Source: Vicugna vicugna
Lineage: Eukaryota
Assembly (NCBI GenBank): GCA_013265495.1
Contig: MU058844.1
Location: 10,872,184 to 10,936,183 of the forward strand
Length of the DNA stretch: 64,000 nucleotides
Direction: 5' to 3'
In this document: positions 38,001 to 49,960 of the stretch, in pieces
Position numbering within the stretch: the first letter of the stretch is position 1
Layout: each line of letters begins with the position of its first letter
Notes under the pieces: model-generated
The model's database searches: none
What the model saw: only the letters and a program-made list of their open reading frames with translations
What the model was told of the DNA's origin: nothing
Translations under genes and position numbers: made by a program

Positions 38001-39299
38001 GGTGATGTATCAAATCTTAAGTAATTTGGTTTTGCTTCTCTTTCTAAATTGCTTTTAAATTATGTTTCGATTATGGATCTAAATTAGAACTAAGGCCTCT
38101 AATAAAGTGATCATACCCAACATAATTCTTATGTTTGTACTTGAATATCTTAAAATAATACTGGTGTTAAACAGTAGCATATTGCTAACTCCTCAGCTGT
38201 TCTGAACCAAAACTCCACCTAATTTACATATTTGATAGCAAATTTTAATTCACCTTTAGTGTTTCTTTCATAAATGTGTTTTGGTACTTTTCTATTAAAT
38301 CATCCTTTATGTTTCCTAAGCTGTGATCATCTTAATAAATATACACGTTAGCTTCAAGAATTAAATAGAGTAAGGGTGATAGAATGGTTGTATGCCATTG
38401 TCTTGCTAGCATGTTCTGAGTTTTAATTATTCTGTCCAGGCACAAGAGAACATCACAGATATATGAAAGGTTATAACTGATTTGTGAATGTTTGAGCTAA
38501 TTTAAGGGGTAGGTAAGTTATTAATGCAGATTTCTTTGTCTTAGTAGTTTGTCTGTCTCTATGAGTTCTTAAAGCTTTGTCCTGGGTGAAAACGTACTCT
38601 TGTTAAACCACTTACAGTCATTAAGTCTGTTTCCCTGCTAGAATTTTCTACTGCCTTTCCTTCTTCACAGAATCACTTTTCTACATGAAGCAGTTGTTAA
38701 TGATCAGAAGGTGCCTGGCAAGAACTTACTCCAATCACCCCAGCAATCTTTTCTGTATCTCTAGCTCAACTATCCTGTATTTGTTAAGTGTATTTGGCAC
38801 AAAGATGGCTTATAGGTTTAGCCACTAAATTATTTATATATTTTTCACACTATTACAGAATAATTGAGCAAAATAAGTATTTATATGTCACACATTTAAA
38901 TGTCTGGAGGTGTATTTTGAAATGTAATAGTCTACATTTAATGATGGTTCAAGAAATATAATGATGATTTTAGGAGAACATAACGATTTTATACTTGAAG
39001 TTCCTGTTAAGAAGAATGGCAATGTTATCGATTAGATAACTAAAGAAGTGAACAATCAGGACAGTGCATTTTCTATATTTTAGGTCACAACTACCTATAA
39101 AAGGGTACCTCTCTGTTGCTACTAAAATCTCAATCTTCTGACATATAAAGATACATCAGCAATGACTTTGGTCTGCAACATTACTCCAATGATGATAGTC
39201 TTTTTAGTTCAGTGAATTCTAGAATAACCAAGTTTTCAAGGTGGAAAACCAGGGTTTTACCAAATTGCATAGAATATGTATTTTGTTACTCAAAATTAT

Positions 39300-39870
39300 T
39301 TATGAATGGTGAACTTCAGTCATTTTCTGAAAAAAATGCATTGATTTTGCTCTCATTATTGAAAAAGAGTTTAGTTATATAAATATGGAATTTTTGTATT
39401 TGCTAGTTATTTTCCTTCAACACTCGAAATTATTTTTTCCATTGTTATCTTGTCTATTGTAGTTGACGAGATATCTATTACTTTTTTCCTTGTTTCTTTA
39501 TAAGTTGATAGTTCTAATTGATTTTTAAGATCTTTGCACTATCCTTTGAGTTCTGTGGCTTTGGTACATTGTCTATGTTTGAATTTGTTTTATTTATCTG
39601 CTTTATGGCTATGAATAATTAACTACATGTTATTTATTTTTAATTGATAATTAGTTTAAAGAAAATTGTTAAGAATTAATGTCCAATTTCTAAAACTTTT
39701 TCAGGTTATTGGTTTATCTCTTCTTAAAAAATGTATATATTCTTAGAAATTGCTATATATTCTTTTCTTATCATCTATTTCCTGAATTCTATCCAGTATC
39801 TTCAATTAGATAATTTCCCTTCTGATGACTACAATGAATTCTCAGAAGTCTGTTTTTACTGACTAGATAT
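39300..39870 (-). mobile_element. Very old L1 (L1ME-like) fragment
   Basis: T-rich antisense L1-like text ('attgattttgctctcattattgaaaaagagttt ... ttattttttccattgttatcttgtctattgtagttgacgag'). Confidence 0.45.
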
Positions 39871-42800
39871 ATCCAATCCTTATTGAATTTAAAAGTGGTT
39901 AGTCCAGCTTCAGCCATAGTGAAGTTACTTTGCCAGACAGACAGAACAACAGAGCAAAAGATTTATTCTAATGTGTTCCAGAATAGGACATTTAATCACT
40001 GGAAAATGTAATTAAGAATAATCTCGGGATCAGAAATGATGCCTTTTATAGCCTGGGTTGTGAGGTATTTGATCCATAATGGCCACAGTGTAGCCCCTTG
40101 GCATTACGTAGGCTTAGTTACACGGATTGGACAACTCAGGCAATGTAGCTTTAGCTACTATGTAAATTTACATATTTGCTTGTCTTTTCCATTGAAGCAG
40201 GGATAAAAGAGTTAAAGTAGGTGGATCAGACTAATTTCAGCGCATGACTGACCACCACGAAAATCAGTGAGATTAAAAAGAGTAGGTCCATTGACTGAAA
40301 AAAACTTGGAAGAAAAAAATGTTGAGAAGAATATGATTAGAGTTATTGGATGACCAGTATTTAAGCAGGTCTGAATATTTATGTATTTGTTTCATGCTAA
40401 CTGCCTGCCTTTCCACTAACGTGAAGTCTCCATGAGACCTGGGACATGCACACAGGGCTTGGAAGACTGACTGGCACAGGAGGTGCTTAGCTTAGCAAAA
40501 CCACTGTTGTTCACGTAAATATGTGAACCCAGGCTCCATGATGGACAAGGTTTGTTGGGCCAAAAGAAAGTAGAGAACACAGATACACTGATTTAAAACC
40601 TAAATGTAGGAAACATCAAGCAAGTTTATACGTGAAAATAACTGGTGATATGGGCTTGGTGAAGAAGTTTTGAAGTTTCACATCAAAGGGGTGGGGGAAC
40701 AAAAGCATTTGGGAAATTGACACGTGGTTAAGGGACGATACCCTTGTTGTCTTATTAAGCCTGGGTTTTCAGAGCAGTTTTTGAAAGCTGTGAAGTAGAG
40801 ATTGAGATATCTCGGCACAGGCATTGACCATCCCTGTCCTAAGACTCTCATTTGAATGTTGCCAGTACTCCATCTCATCCTTTACTAGATTGGAAAAGAG
40901 AGGTGCTTAGTATTTTAAAAAATCTTTTGAAAACTTTCTTTAGTGGAAAGTAAACCTTTTCCCCCAGTGGAATTTCTAGAGTGAAGAGGGATTTCAGGAA
41001 CTGACATGATGACTTCTGTTGTCCCTCAACCTCAGTAGTAATAGAGATTCTGGAAATTTTTAGACATTTTATTTTACTAAAAATTAGAACTGATAAAGAA
41101 TTATGGGCCCCCTTTTCCAGAAGGGCTATCTAACTTCTTCTTATACTGCAGATTAGACCAGGAGTCAGGCCTGATCAAATCAAGAGATGCTAAATACTAT
41201 GGGTCTTTATTTTGAAATTATCAATTTTTCCTTGGATGGAGAATTTTTGTCATGAGGATATATTTGTTTGCTTTTCCACCTCTACCACTTGATCTTTAGG
41301 TGAAATAAAAGTAATGGTGACATTACTTAGAGCTGCTGAGGCTTCCTTGATATCCAAAGAGTAGAGGAGAAATAAGACAGATATACCCTGACTGGGGCCT
41401 CATTCCCTGGGTTATTCCCACCCCTTGTCCTCCATCACAGGCATAGATGCTTCCTGTTTTCTCAAACCACCAAAATAATGAATAGAAAAGAAAGAGAAAC
41501 AGTAAAATAGAAAATACTAAAATTCAAGTAGAACAAAATATTCTTTGTGGTCTAATGCCTGGGCTAAAAGTAGCAAATTTAGCCAAGTGCCTAAAACACA
41601 GTAGGTAGTCAAGAAATAGTTGGCAACTTAAAGAAACACCAGTATGGATAAACGCAGCAAATTGGTAACTTTGGTCCACCTCAACACTTGATGCTGAACT
41701 TTTTGAAAGACACAGAGGATAGAATTCCTTAAAAAGTGGGGTCCAACAAAGCCTCGGGTGGTGGGTTGAGTAATTTACAGACAAAGCTATTGGTGGAAGA
41801 CTATGAGAGATCACCAGTTCTCTCTTGACATCATTCACTGATGTTCATTGAATCAGCCTTCATGCTCATTGTCTCTGCTTAAATAAGTCTCTTCATCTGC
41901 TTTCTAAATGAATGTCGACTTACAACAGGTATCTATTCATTTTAAAGTAACTCAATGCACCTGTTCCCTGAGTGATGTCCATTAATGAGCATCCTGTCTA
42001 GTAGCTACTTTAATCCTGATTGGCTTCCCATATTTGAGACCACTTTGCCCCTCCAGCATCTCCTTTTCCTCCGCTCATGAGAATAACACTTATGTTATAG
42101 CCACTTTCTCTGTGTTATAGAAAAACCTCTTACTCTCTCTCCATTTCTCATTTACTTATCAAGCTTTTTTTCTTTAGTGTTGATATTTAAAGTAAACAAG
42201 AATTTTTAAAAAATATTTTCTCTAATTGGTTTACTTTTGAGAATCACACAGTATTGTTTTCTACTATTTTCCATTTCAAAGTTCTCTTTTTTTTTTTAAC
42301 AAATCATATGATTTGACTATAATTTTGTGGATTAAAAAAAATTGAATTCAAGCATCTAACAGCATTTAGAGCATCGTTTCTGTGTGAAACTCTTTTGAGT
42401 TCTAAATATTTAACTTATAAATTAAACTTCTGAAATACAACCCAACTGAAATTAGTGCCTGCCTTTGTGTTGTAAACGTGATCTTTAAAACTAGAGGAAA
42501 ACCAAGAATAATGGTTATTTCTAAAAAGATTCATATATATTTGGAAAGCAACTTAAATTATTCCAACTATTTCAGGACACATTTATTTTATAAAGTAAGT
42601 GCATCTGAGACCCTCAAGATTTTGAGCATTTTCCCCTTTTAGGTCCCTGTGTCAGTCGATTCTACCATGTAGGAAGCAAGAATTAATTTTATGAGTGAAA
42701 CGTTCTCTGTAGTTTTCCTACTAAACCTAATGTTGCTTTTTGCTCTCATCCAGTGTTAAAGATAATCACAACATTCTGGCTTTTCATGGTTCAGAAGACA

Positions 42801-43494
42801 GTCCTTTGTCCCTTCTAACTTAAATATATACTTTAGAGTTTGGCATATTAAATTGACATATTGTGTCTAACTTTGTTTTTGCACTAAAAATAAAGTTAGG
42901 AGGAAATTCCCTCATTAAAATCGGATAACAGAAAATACTCAGTTACATATAAATGGGGTACCCTTAGCCAAAAGGTTTAACATGGTCGTACCAAAAAATT
43001 ATCTTTTGCAAGTCTGACACCCATAGGAGTTGTCTCAGTGGAAACCGAAACAAAAGTACAGACTGGAATTCTTAAAGAAGCGTTGCTTACTAGACATATC
43101 TAATACTGAAAGAATGACTTGTTTAGAAAGCTCTGTGACACTGAAGATTCAAAGGTGGAAGTGATAATTGTACGAATTATGAATTTAATACTTTTTACTA
43201 TTATAGAGATCATTTATTATTTGGCAACTTTAAGGAAACTTTTAAATTAATAGGCATTCATATCCTTGACATCTTTAATATTTAATTTTTAATTTCAAAA
43301 TATTTAAGACACGGATGAAAGAGAAAACAAATAGTCTAAAATCCTTTCTATGGTTCTAGGAACTAAAAATAGGTAGGAGAAAAAAAAAAAGCAAAATCCT
43401 AATTTATTTTCTATGCTTTTATATCAATTATATGTCTATAGTTTTCCAATGTTTCCTCTCGGCTATTTCCTTGCTCTCATTTGGTAGAGGAGAG

Positions 43495-43790
43495 GTTTTT
43501 CAACTTTGAAGTGCACTGGGATGATCTGATGTATGTATTTAAATGGGGGGGTGGTGGTGATTAGGTTCATCTGTTTATTTATTACTCTGGGTGGAGGTAC
43601 CAGGAATTGAACCTGGGATTTCATGCATGCTAGGCATGCATTCTACCACTGAACTATACCCTCCCCCTGATGTACGTAATTAAAACGCTGGAGCTAGTGC
43701 TCCCTCTCAAAGATTCTGATGAAGTCAATCTGGCGTGGAAGCCAGGAATAGATATTTTCTTAGGTTGGCTTCAGGCTACATTTTGAGATG
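43495..43790. mobile_element. MER5-like MITE interrupted by a SINE
   Basis: 'ggtttttcaactttgaagtgcactgggatgatctg' [SINE] 'aaagattctgatgaagtcaatctggcgtggaagccaggaat ... ttttgaga'. Confidence 0.55.
43541..43666 (-). mobile_element. tRNA-Ala-derived SINE (camelid vic-1 type)
   Basis: Minus strand GGGGAGGGTATAGTTCAGTGGTAGAATGCATGCCTAGCATGCATGAAATCCCAGGTTCAATTCCTGGTACCTCCA plus tail. TSD CTGATGTATGTATTT (43526-40) / CTGATGTACGTAATT (43667-81). Confidence 0.9.
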
Positions 43791-44699
43791 TATCTCAAAA
43801 TGACTACAGAGTAGAAGACGAAACTGTTGCTAAGAGACATTGAAGTAGAAGAGGACAAAATGGAAATATTTTAAGAACTGTAGGCTAAGAACCACACTGT
43901 CAGCATATCAGCAGTGCCCTTCACTATAAAATGGTTGACATAACCATTAGATTATTAGCAGTGACAATTCTTTCCTAGGAAACTCAAGTATGTTTGATTC
44001 CAGGTACATGTACTTTCAGAACCACTTCATTGGCTTTCATGATTTATGTAAAGAAATTATAAAAAAAAATAGGAAAAGAACATGGTTTAGCAGTACACCT
44101 GCAATGCTATAGTGTAATACCATATTGCATGAGAGGTAGAAGCAACTTCTAGAATTGAAATGGTTCATTCCCTATAGGTAAAGGTCTTGAGATAGAACAC
44201 AAACCTATTGGACAGATTTATTTAATAAGTGGATGAATTTATAAGAGTGAATAGTCGTTCTGTATGATTTTAGTATTGGAGACCTATTGCGGTCAACTTC
44301 TCAGGGATAAAGATGCAAACAGCAGAATGAAGTTCATGACAAAGACTCATTCTGTAACAGTATTTCTCCTGTATACAGTGAGAATCATGTAAACGGCGCT
44401 TTTTCAGAAAGCCAATACTTCAGTAACATGGGACTTCCAGTAACGATTAGTGAGATAATTTAATCACCTCCAATTTACTGCAGAGAATTCTGTTTATGCT
44501 TAGAGAAAGGGTGTTAGGAATAACTGGGACCGGAGATGCAATTTGATTGGTTAATGAAGAGTCTAAGACTGATAATTGAATTGGATGGAATTCATTAGTT
44601 AGGACATTCAAGCAGATACTCGACAACCCCAATTATGTCCTCTAACATATGTAATCGTCACAATGTGATATATGTACTTCATGGTTGAATTAGGCATAT

Positions 44700-45725
44700 A
44701 TGAAAGAGTGAGGCGCAGTCCGGCGCAAAGAGACATCGGCCCGAGACAGATGCCAGCCTCCGCGCCCAGCCCTCACCCCTTGCTAACAGCATCTGTACAG
44801 CAGGGCACAAAAGCACAGAGGCAGATGCCACGGCATATTCTTTTAGAATGCAAGGCTGCTCAAGATCATCTATGGATAACGAAGCATGACAACTTTGGAT
44901 TTGATGAAGCACAAAACGCGAGTGGGAGAAAGCAAAACTGTGATGGAAGAGGCTAGTACCCCGCCAACTAAACTAGCACAGCAAGAGCATTAATACAAGT
45001 AATAATTTCAAAAGATATGACAGATACTAATACTTGCTTTACTATCATAAAAACCCTAGTTTTGAAGTCGGAGATACAGTCCTGGAATCTTCCGCACAAA
45101 TCCATTCCCCCCAACCCCTCACCCACGCCGCATCACAAGATATGTATGTGAGGGGACGAGGGGATGATCATCAACAAAATATGTCAACGTTTGTTTTTTC
45201 CCCAAATACCTTGATTAGAGAGTCGCAGTCCAATTTCCAGGAACGAAGCAATGGGCAAGTGAATGGTCTTCCCAAATCCAGGCGACTGTCACGCTCTTAC
45301 TAGTTCTTGTTTTCCTGTTTTTCCTTGAGAGAGAATAATAGAAAAAAAAATGCATAAAAATGCTGGCCTGCAACTCTACACTCGCCCTTGCTACTAACTG
45401 GGTATACAGACACTTGCTTCTGCCGTCCATTCATTATCCACATCCTGCTCTACTTCATCAATTCCTGGTTGCACTAGGTGCTCCAGGGTAAGAAGCAATA
45501 GGTATGAAACATGAGAACATAAAGAAAAATCTAGAAGAATAAATGTTCCAAGAAAGCAACTTTTTCGTATTTCTTCCAACATACCCTGTTCCATGGCATT
45601 GCTCTCTAGGGAAGCGGCATGCGCCACCACAGAAGGGCCCCAGAGGAATTCCCACCCACAGGGAATCATCTCTAAGCAGTTCACACTTTGTTTTGCTAAC
45701 AAGATGCCTCGTTAGGATACCGGAG
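44700..45725. promoter_or_regulatory. CpG-retaining promoter/enhancer-like segment
   Basis: About two dozen CpGs by manual count in 44700-45430, well above the surrounding DNA. Repeat-free, with outward-facing splice donors on both strands. Confidence 0.5.
45210..45323 (-). other. Candidate non-coding (5'UTR-type) exon, 114 nt
   Basis: Minus strand: ttttttttctattattctctctcaag|GAAAAACAGG ... CTCTCTAATCAAG|gtattt. Stops in all three frames and no ATG. Confidence 0.45.
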
Positions 45726-46034
45726 TGCTAGCCTTCACTGACAATGTTACCCCCACCTTTTGGAATTATTGAAAAGCCAACTGAGTCTATTTTGACTTGT
45801 GCATCTCTTTGTAAGCAACAGCAGCTGCAGCAGTGCTAATAGAAAGGAAAGGCACTGCTATTTACCCACGAAGGACATTGAAATACTGCATGTAGGAAAG
45901 CATCCGAGTTGTGGAGGAGCGTTATCAAATATTTTAATAGCTCCCTTCCTTGCTTGCTTCTTTTGTCCTTTGCTCTTCCCTACTTTCTTTTCTACCTTTT
46001 TTTTTTGTCCTTCCTCTTAATCTTTCTGTTTATT

Positions 46035-46262
46035 TTATTTTTAAAATTTTATTTTTTATTGAGTTGTAGCTGATTTATAATGTTTCAGGTGTACAGCAAA
46101 GTGATTCAAATAGACATATACATACATATACATAGATACGTATTTTCTTTCAGATTATTTTCCCTTACAGCTCATTACAAGAAATTAAATATAGTTCCCT
46201 GTGCTATTCAGTAGAGCCTTGTTGTTTATCGCTTTTATATATAGTAATGTGTGCCTGTTATA
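46035..46262 (-). mobile_element. 5'-truncated L1 3' UTR
   Basis: 'ttttttattgagttgtagctgatttataatgtttcaggtgtacagcaaagtgattca ... atatagttccctgtgctattcagtagagccttgttgtttatc'; same family as 19212-19428. Confidence 0.9.
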
Positions 46263-47684
46263 TACTCTTTATTTTGTTTATCTATTCTCTGATGCGGAGC
46301 AACCTATCTTATATTTGAGATTTTTAAATAATGACTGTAGAATATGAAACCTCTGAAAACTAAGTAAAGTGGCATAATTCATTTGCAAATGTACAAACAC
46401 ACAGGGGGAAACTGTAAGTTATCAGCTCCATCTTGTAGCTCCAATTAAGAAGGGAAGCTTTGCGGATTCCAGTGGCTCTGATACTAATCAGACCATTCTG
46501 CTCTCTTCCAGTTTGAGTTTCCGTTCTCCAGAGGAAGCTAACACGGCAACACCCTGTTATCTGAGGATTCAAGTTCTCCTACTACAAGATAAACGAACAC
46601 ACAATCCCCTGCAGCTTTCATTATATTCTGAGTAGGATTTTATAGTTCCTCTGCAATTATTCAGGAGTCCTCTTTGCCAACTAATGGACCAGAATCATTC
46701 TGGCATAAATCCACCTCGGAAAATCTTCTGAGGGTTTATGGGTTTGGGAAAACCTTAGTTGTTGGTTTAAAGGAACAGATGCTGCATAAGAGAACTTCAT
46801 CTTGCCTGGCTGCAACAGACAAGGGATGGTGGACTCTAGCTCGGTCTGCTTCCATTATAAGTACTTATTTACAATCTATGATTCATTTAATGAATATTAA
46901 TTGAGTGTCTGTGGTGGATTTTTTTTTTTGGCTGGTCAGGTCTTGGGGATAAATATGAGAAAAGTTGGAGAGACAGAGATGAAAAACTGGAGAGACAGAT
47001 AAGGAAATAAAATATTACAACAGATGGCGAAGTGGCACAGTGGAGATTTGAGGAATGGCAGGCACTGAAGATGGATCCTTCCCATCCTTGAGGAGAATTC
47101 AAAGTTCTCGTGTGAAAGAAGCAGAGAACATCACCAGCCCTGTGTGTTTATATGCGTATGTGTTTGTGCCTTTCACACACACAGGAGGTGAGGCGATCAA
47201 ACAATAAATTCCTGAGCTGTCTTGCTCCCTGGGATTATTTAATGGTTTTCACAATTGTAGCTTCTTTCCAACAACAATTCCAAGCATAAAATGACTTTTC
47301 CCACCAGAAAGCGTTAAAAACCTTTCTCCCATGGCTACAGGTCCCAGAAAGTATGTGATTTCTCAGGGCACAGCCCCCAGAGTCATTTTCTAAATGGCGG
47401 TGAGAATACATGAGTTGGTAATATACACCCATTTTGGAAGCCAAATAGCAAAGATTAAAAACCATCTGTCATTGGGACTATGAGCCTACAAGCAGGCAGT
47501 AGACTTCCAGCAGAGTCTGGCGCAGGAACAGTATGTAACACAGCTTTAGAAACAAAAGATTCAACTAGAATCATTCTGCTCAGTCACGTGGTTTGAAGGA
47601 CATTACCAGCTCCCACCAGGACCACTTTACAATGTGTTACATAAAACCATGTGTTGTAAACTTCGGACATTCCTTCTCTCAGCA

Positions 47685-48250
47685 ACAATTTTCTCAATGC
47701 TTATTTGTGTCAGGCAGGGTGTGAGACACTGAAAATTCCTCAGCAAAGGAGATAGACAGCAGCCTCTAGCGCCCACCTCACCTCACTCCACAGAGCTTGC
47801 AGGTCATGAAGGAGACAGAGGGTAAGGACACACACAGAGTATGTGTCATACATACTTAACATTGTAGTACGTTCCCAAAAGGACAGGTAAAGATGCTAGG
47901 AGAATGAGGCCTGCGGAGTCTCACCCAGAATTGGCTTCCTGGCAGAAATCACATTTAGGAATTAGCTGGATATAGAGAAAGGGTGGGGTCAAGGGGAAGA
48001 TTCACTGTGGAACAGTGTATGTGTATAGTCCTGAGGCAGAAGGGAGCTTCCTATGTTTAAGGAACAAGGACAACCGAACAAAAAGTCAATGTGGTTGTAA
48101 TGTCATGAGTATGGAGAAGAAGATGGGTGTCAGCATTGGAGGCCGGCTTGGGGCGGTCGTTTCTAATGGTTCCAGGTGTGGGAACCATGGGAAACCACTG
48201 AAGCATCAAAGCCCCTCAGTTACTCTTTGGATTATAGATTGGGGTGGGGA
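47685..48250 (-). mobile_element. L2 fragment
   Basis: 'caacaattttctcaatgcttatttgtgtcaggcagggtgtgagacactg ... agagcttgcagg ... cagtgtatgtgtatagtcctgaggcagaagggagc ... atgggaaaccactgaagc'. Confidence 0.75.
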
Positions 48251-48399
48251 TATTTAACACAATGAGAAAATTTTCTTTTACTTATTCTTGGGAGTGAAAT
48301 TTATTGTATTCATTTAAACATTAATTTTCTAACTCCCCGATGTTTAAGGTTTACTTGATGAGGTTTGGGGTTACTTGTTCTCTTAACTTCTAAGTTATG

Positions 48400-48592
48400 C
48401 TGCATTTTACTTCCTCGTCCTTATCATTTCTCTACATAGATGCTTTCTTCCTCTCACCATCACCACCTCTTAAAAACCTGTCAGAGCCAGAGTATTTTTC
48501 GGTTTGGTTGACTGATGCCTATTTAGTGCTTCAAACACCATTCGGCAGAAAATAGTAGTAACTCAACAAAGACACCTTGAATGTATGAATCA
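48400..48592 (+). mobile_element. L2 tail fragment
   Basis: Ends 'gttgactgatgcctatttagtgcttcaaacaccattcggcagaaaatagtagtaactcaacaaagacaccttgaatgtatgaat'. Confidence 0.6.
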
Positions 48593-49839
48593 TTTAGAAA
48601 ACTGTCTGCTGTCTGCAATGCAGCCATCATTAAATGTTATATTTCTCACTACGTTACTTTCATGGGAGGTCAACTTTCCTTGGTAAAGTGGAGCATATTA
48701 GACTAATAAAATGTGCTCCTGGTGATTAAAGAACAGTATTTATAGTTGTAGCTCATGGAAAAGGTATACATAAACCAATTTGGGCAAAGCACATGTATAA
48801 AAAAATAAAAGATAAGGAAGTTAACTTGAAAGCAAAACACATTTTTTCCTAATGGATTTCTCTTAGACTTTAGGTTCAATAATTTTACAATAAAATGCAG
48901 TCATTTTCCAGCAAATTCTCTTGATATTTTCACAAAACTCTAAATCCTTTAGTTATTATCAATTTAGAGATGGGTACAGATACAGGACTCTTTGTACAAT
49001 TCATTTGACAGGCGAACTTAGAGGAATGTACCATTAACCAAATGTATATGCTTCAAATTTTGTCAGACCAAGATTATATTTTTATAATACAGAATTCATA
49101 AAAGCTCATAGACAAAATAAAATATCTAATAAGCCAGGAATTTTAATAGAATGTTTCCACAGAGTGAGATTTTTAATTAACAATTATTTTCTTCCATTGA
49201 ACACATGTACTATAAATTTTAACTGGGTTAGATATAAATTGTTTTAAAGACCAAATAGCTTAAATAATCTAGAGGAATGTGTCTAAAGTTTTCCAAAAAC
49301 AACTGCCAAAGGTTATTTGCTTATGACGTCCTTACTTTTTACTTAGGTATGTTCATTTTTTATTGTGTAATTTTTAAAAAACTAACTTGAGTACTGCTTT
49401 AATATGGAAAACTGACATTACAGTAGTCAGAGTAAGTTTAAAGATTCAGTGAACCTTGATCAAGAAAATATAAAAGATTAGTTTACAATGCATTACCTCA
49501 GGTTTTTCATCTGATGTATAAGTAAATCAGAGACAATATGCTAGCAGAATTACCCGAAACATGAAAATTGAAAGAAAAATGACATTTGAATATTCCTTAT
49601 GCCAAGACGCCCTATAAAATAACTATGTAAGAAGAATTTTGTTTGCAACATGCAAAGGCAAAAAGTAGAGGAGAAAGTAAGGCTCTTACTTACACCATTC
49701 AAAAAAATTTTCCCTCTTAAAAAAATAATTTAAGACAAAATGTTTGCAAATGGTATTAGAAACACAGAATGCAAAAGTACTTTAAGAATTACTAGTACTA
49801 GTCCTTGGTTTTATTACCTATTGGTAGAGACCGAAGCTC

Positions 49840-49960
49840 CAAGAAGACAGCAAACCCCCTGAAGTATTATGTGAAATTGTATGCATTCATGTATTTGTGC
49901 CTTTTCGCTAGATTCTCTAAAGGGGTCAATGACTGCCCTCCTTGATAAAATGTTCAGAAA
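49840..49960. mobile_element. MER5A1-like hAT MITE fragment
   Basis: 'aaaccccctgaagtattatgtgaaattgtatgca ... tagattctctaaaggggtcaatgac'. Confidence 0.5.
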
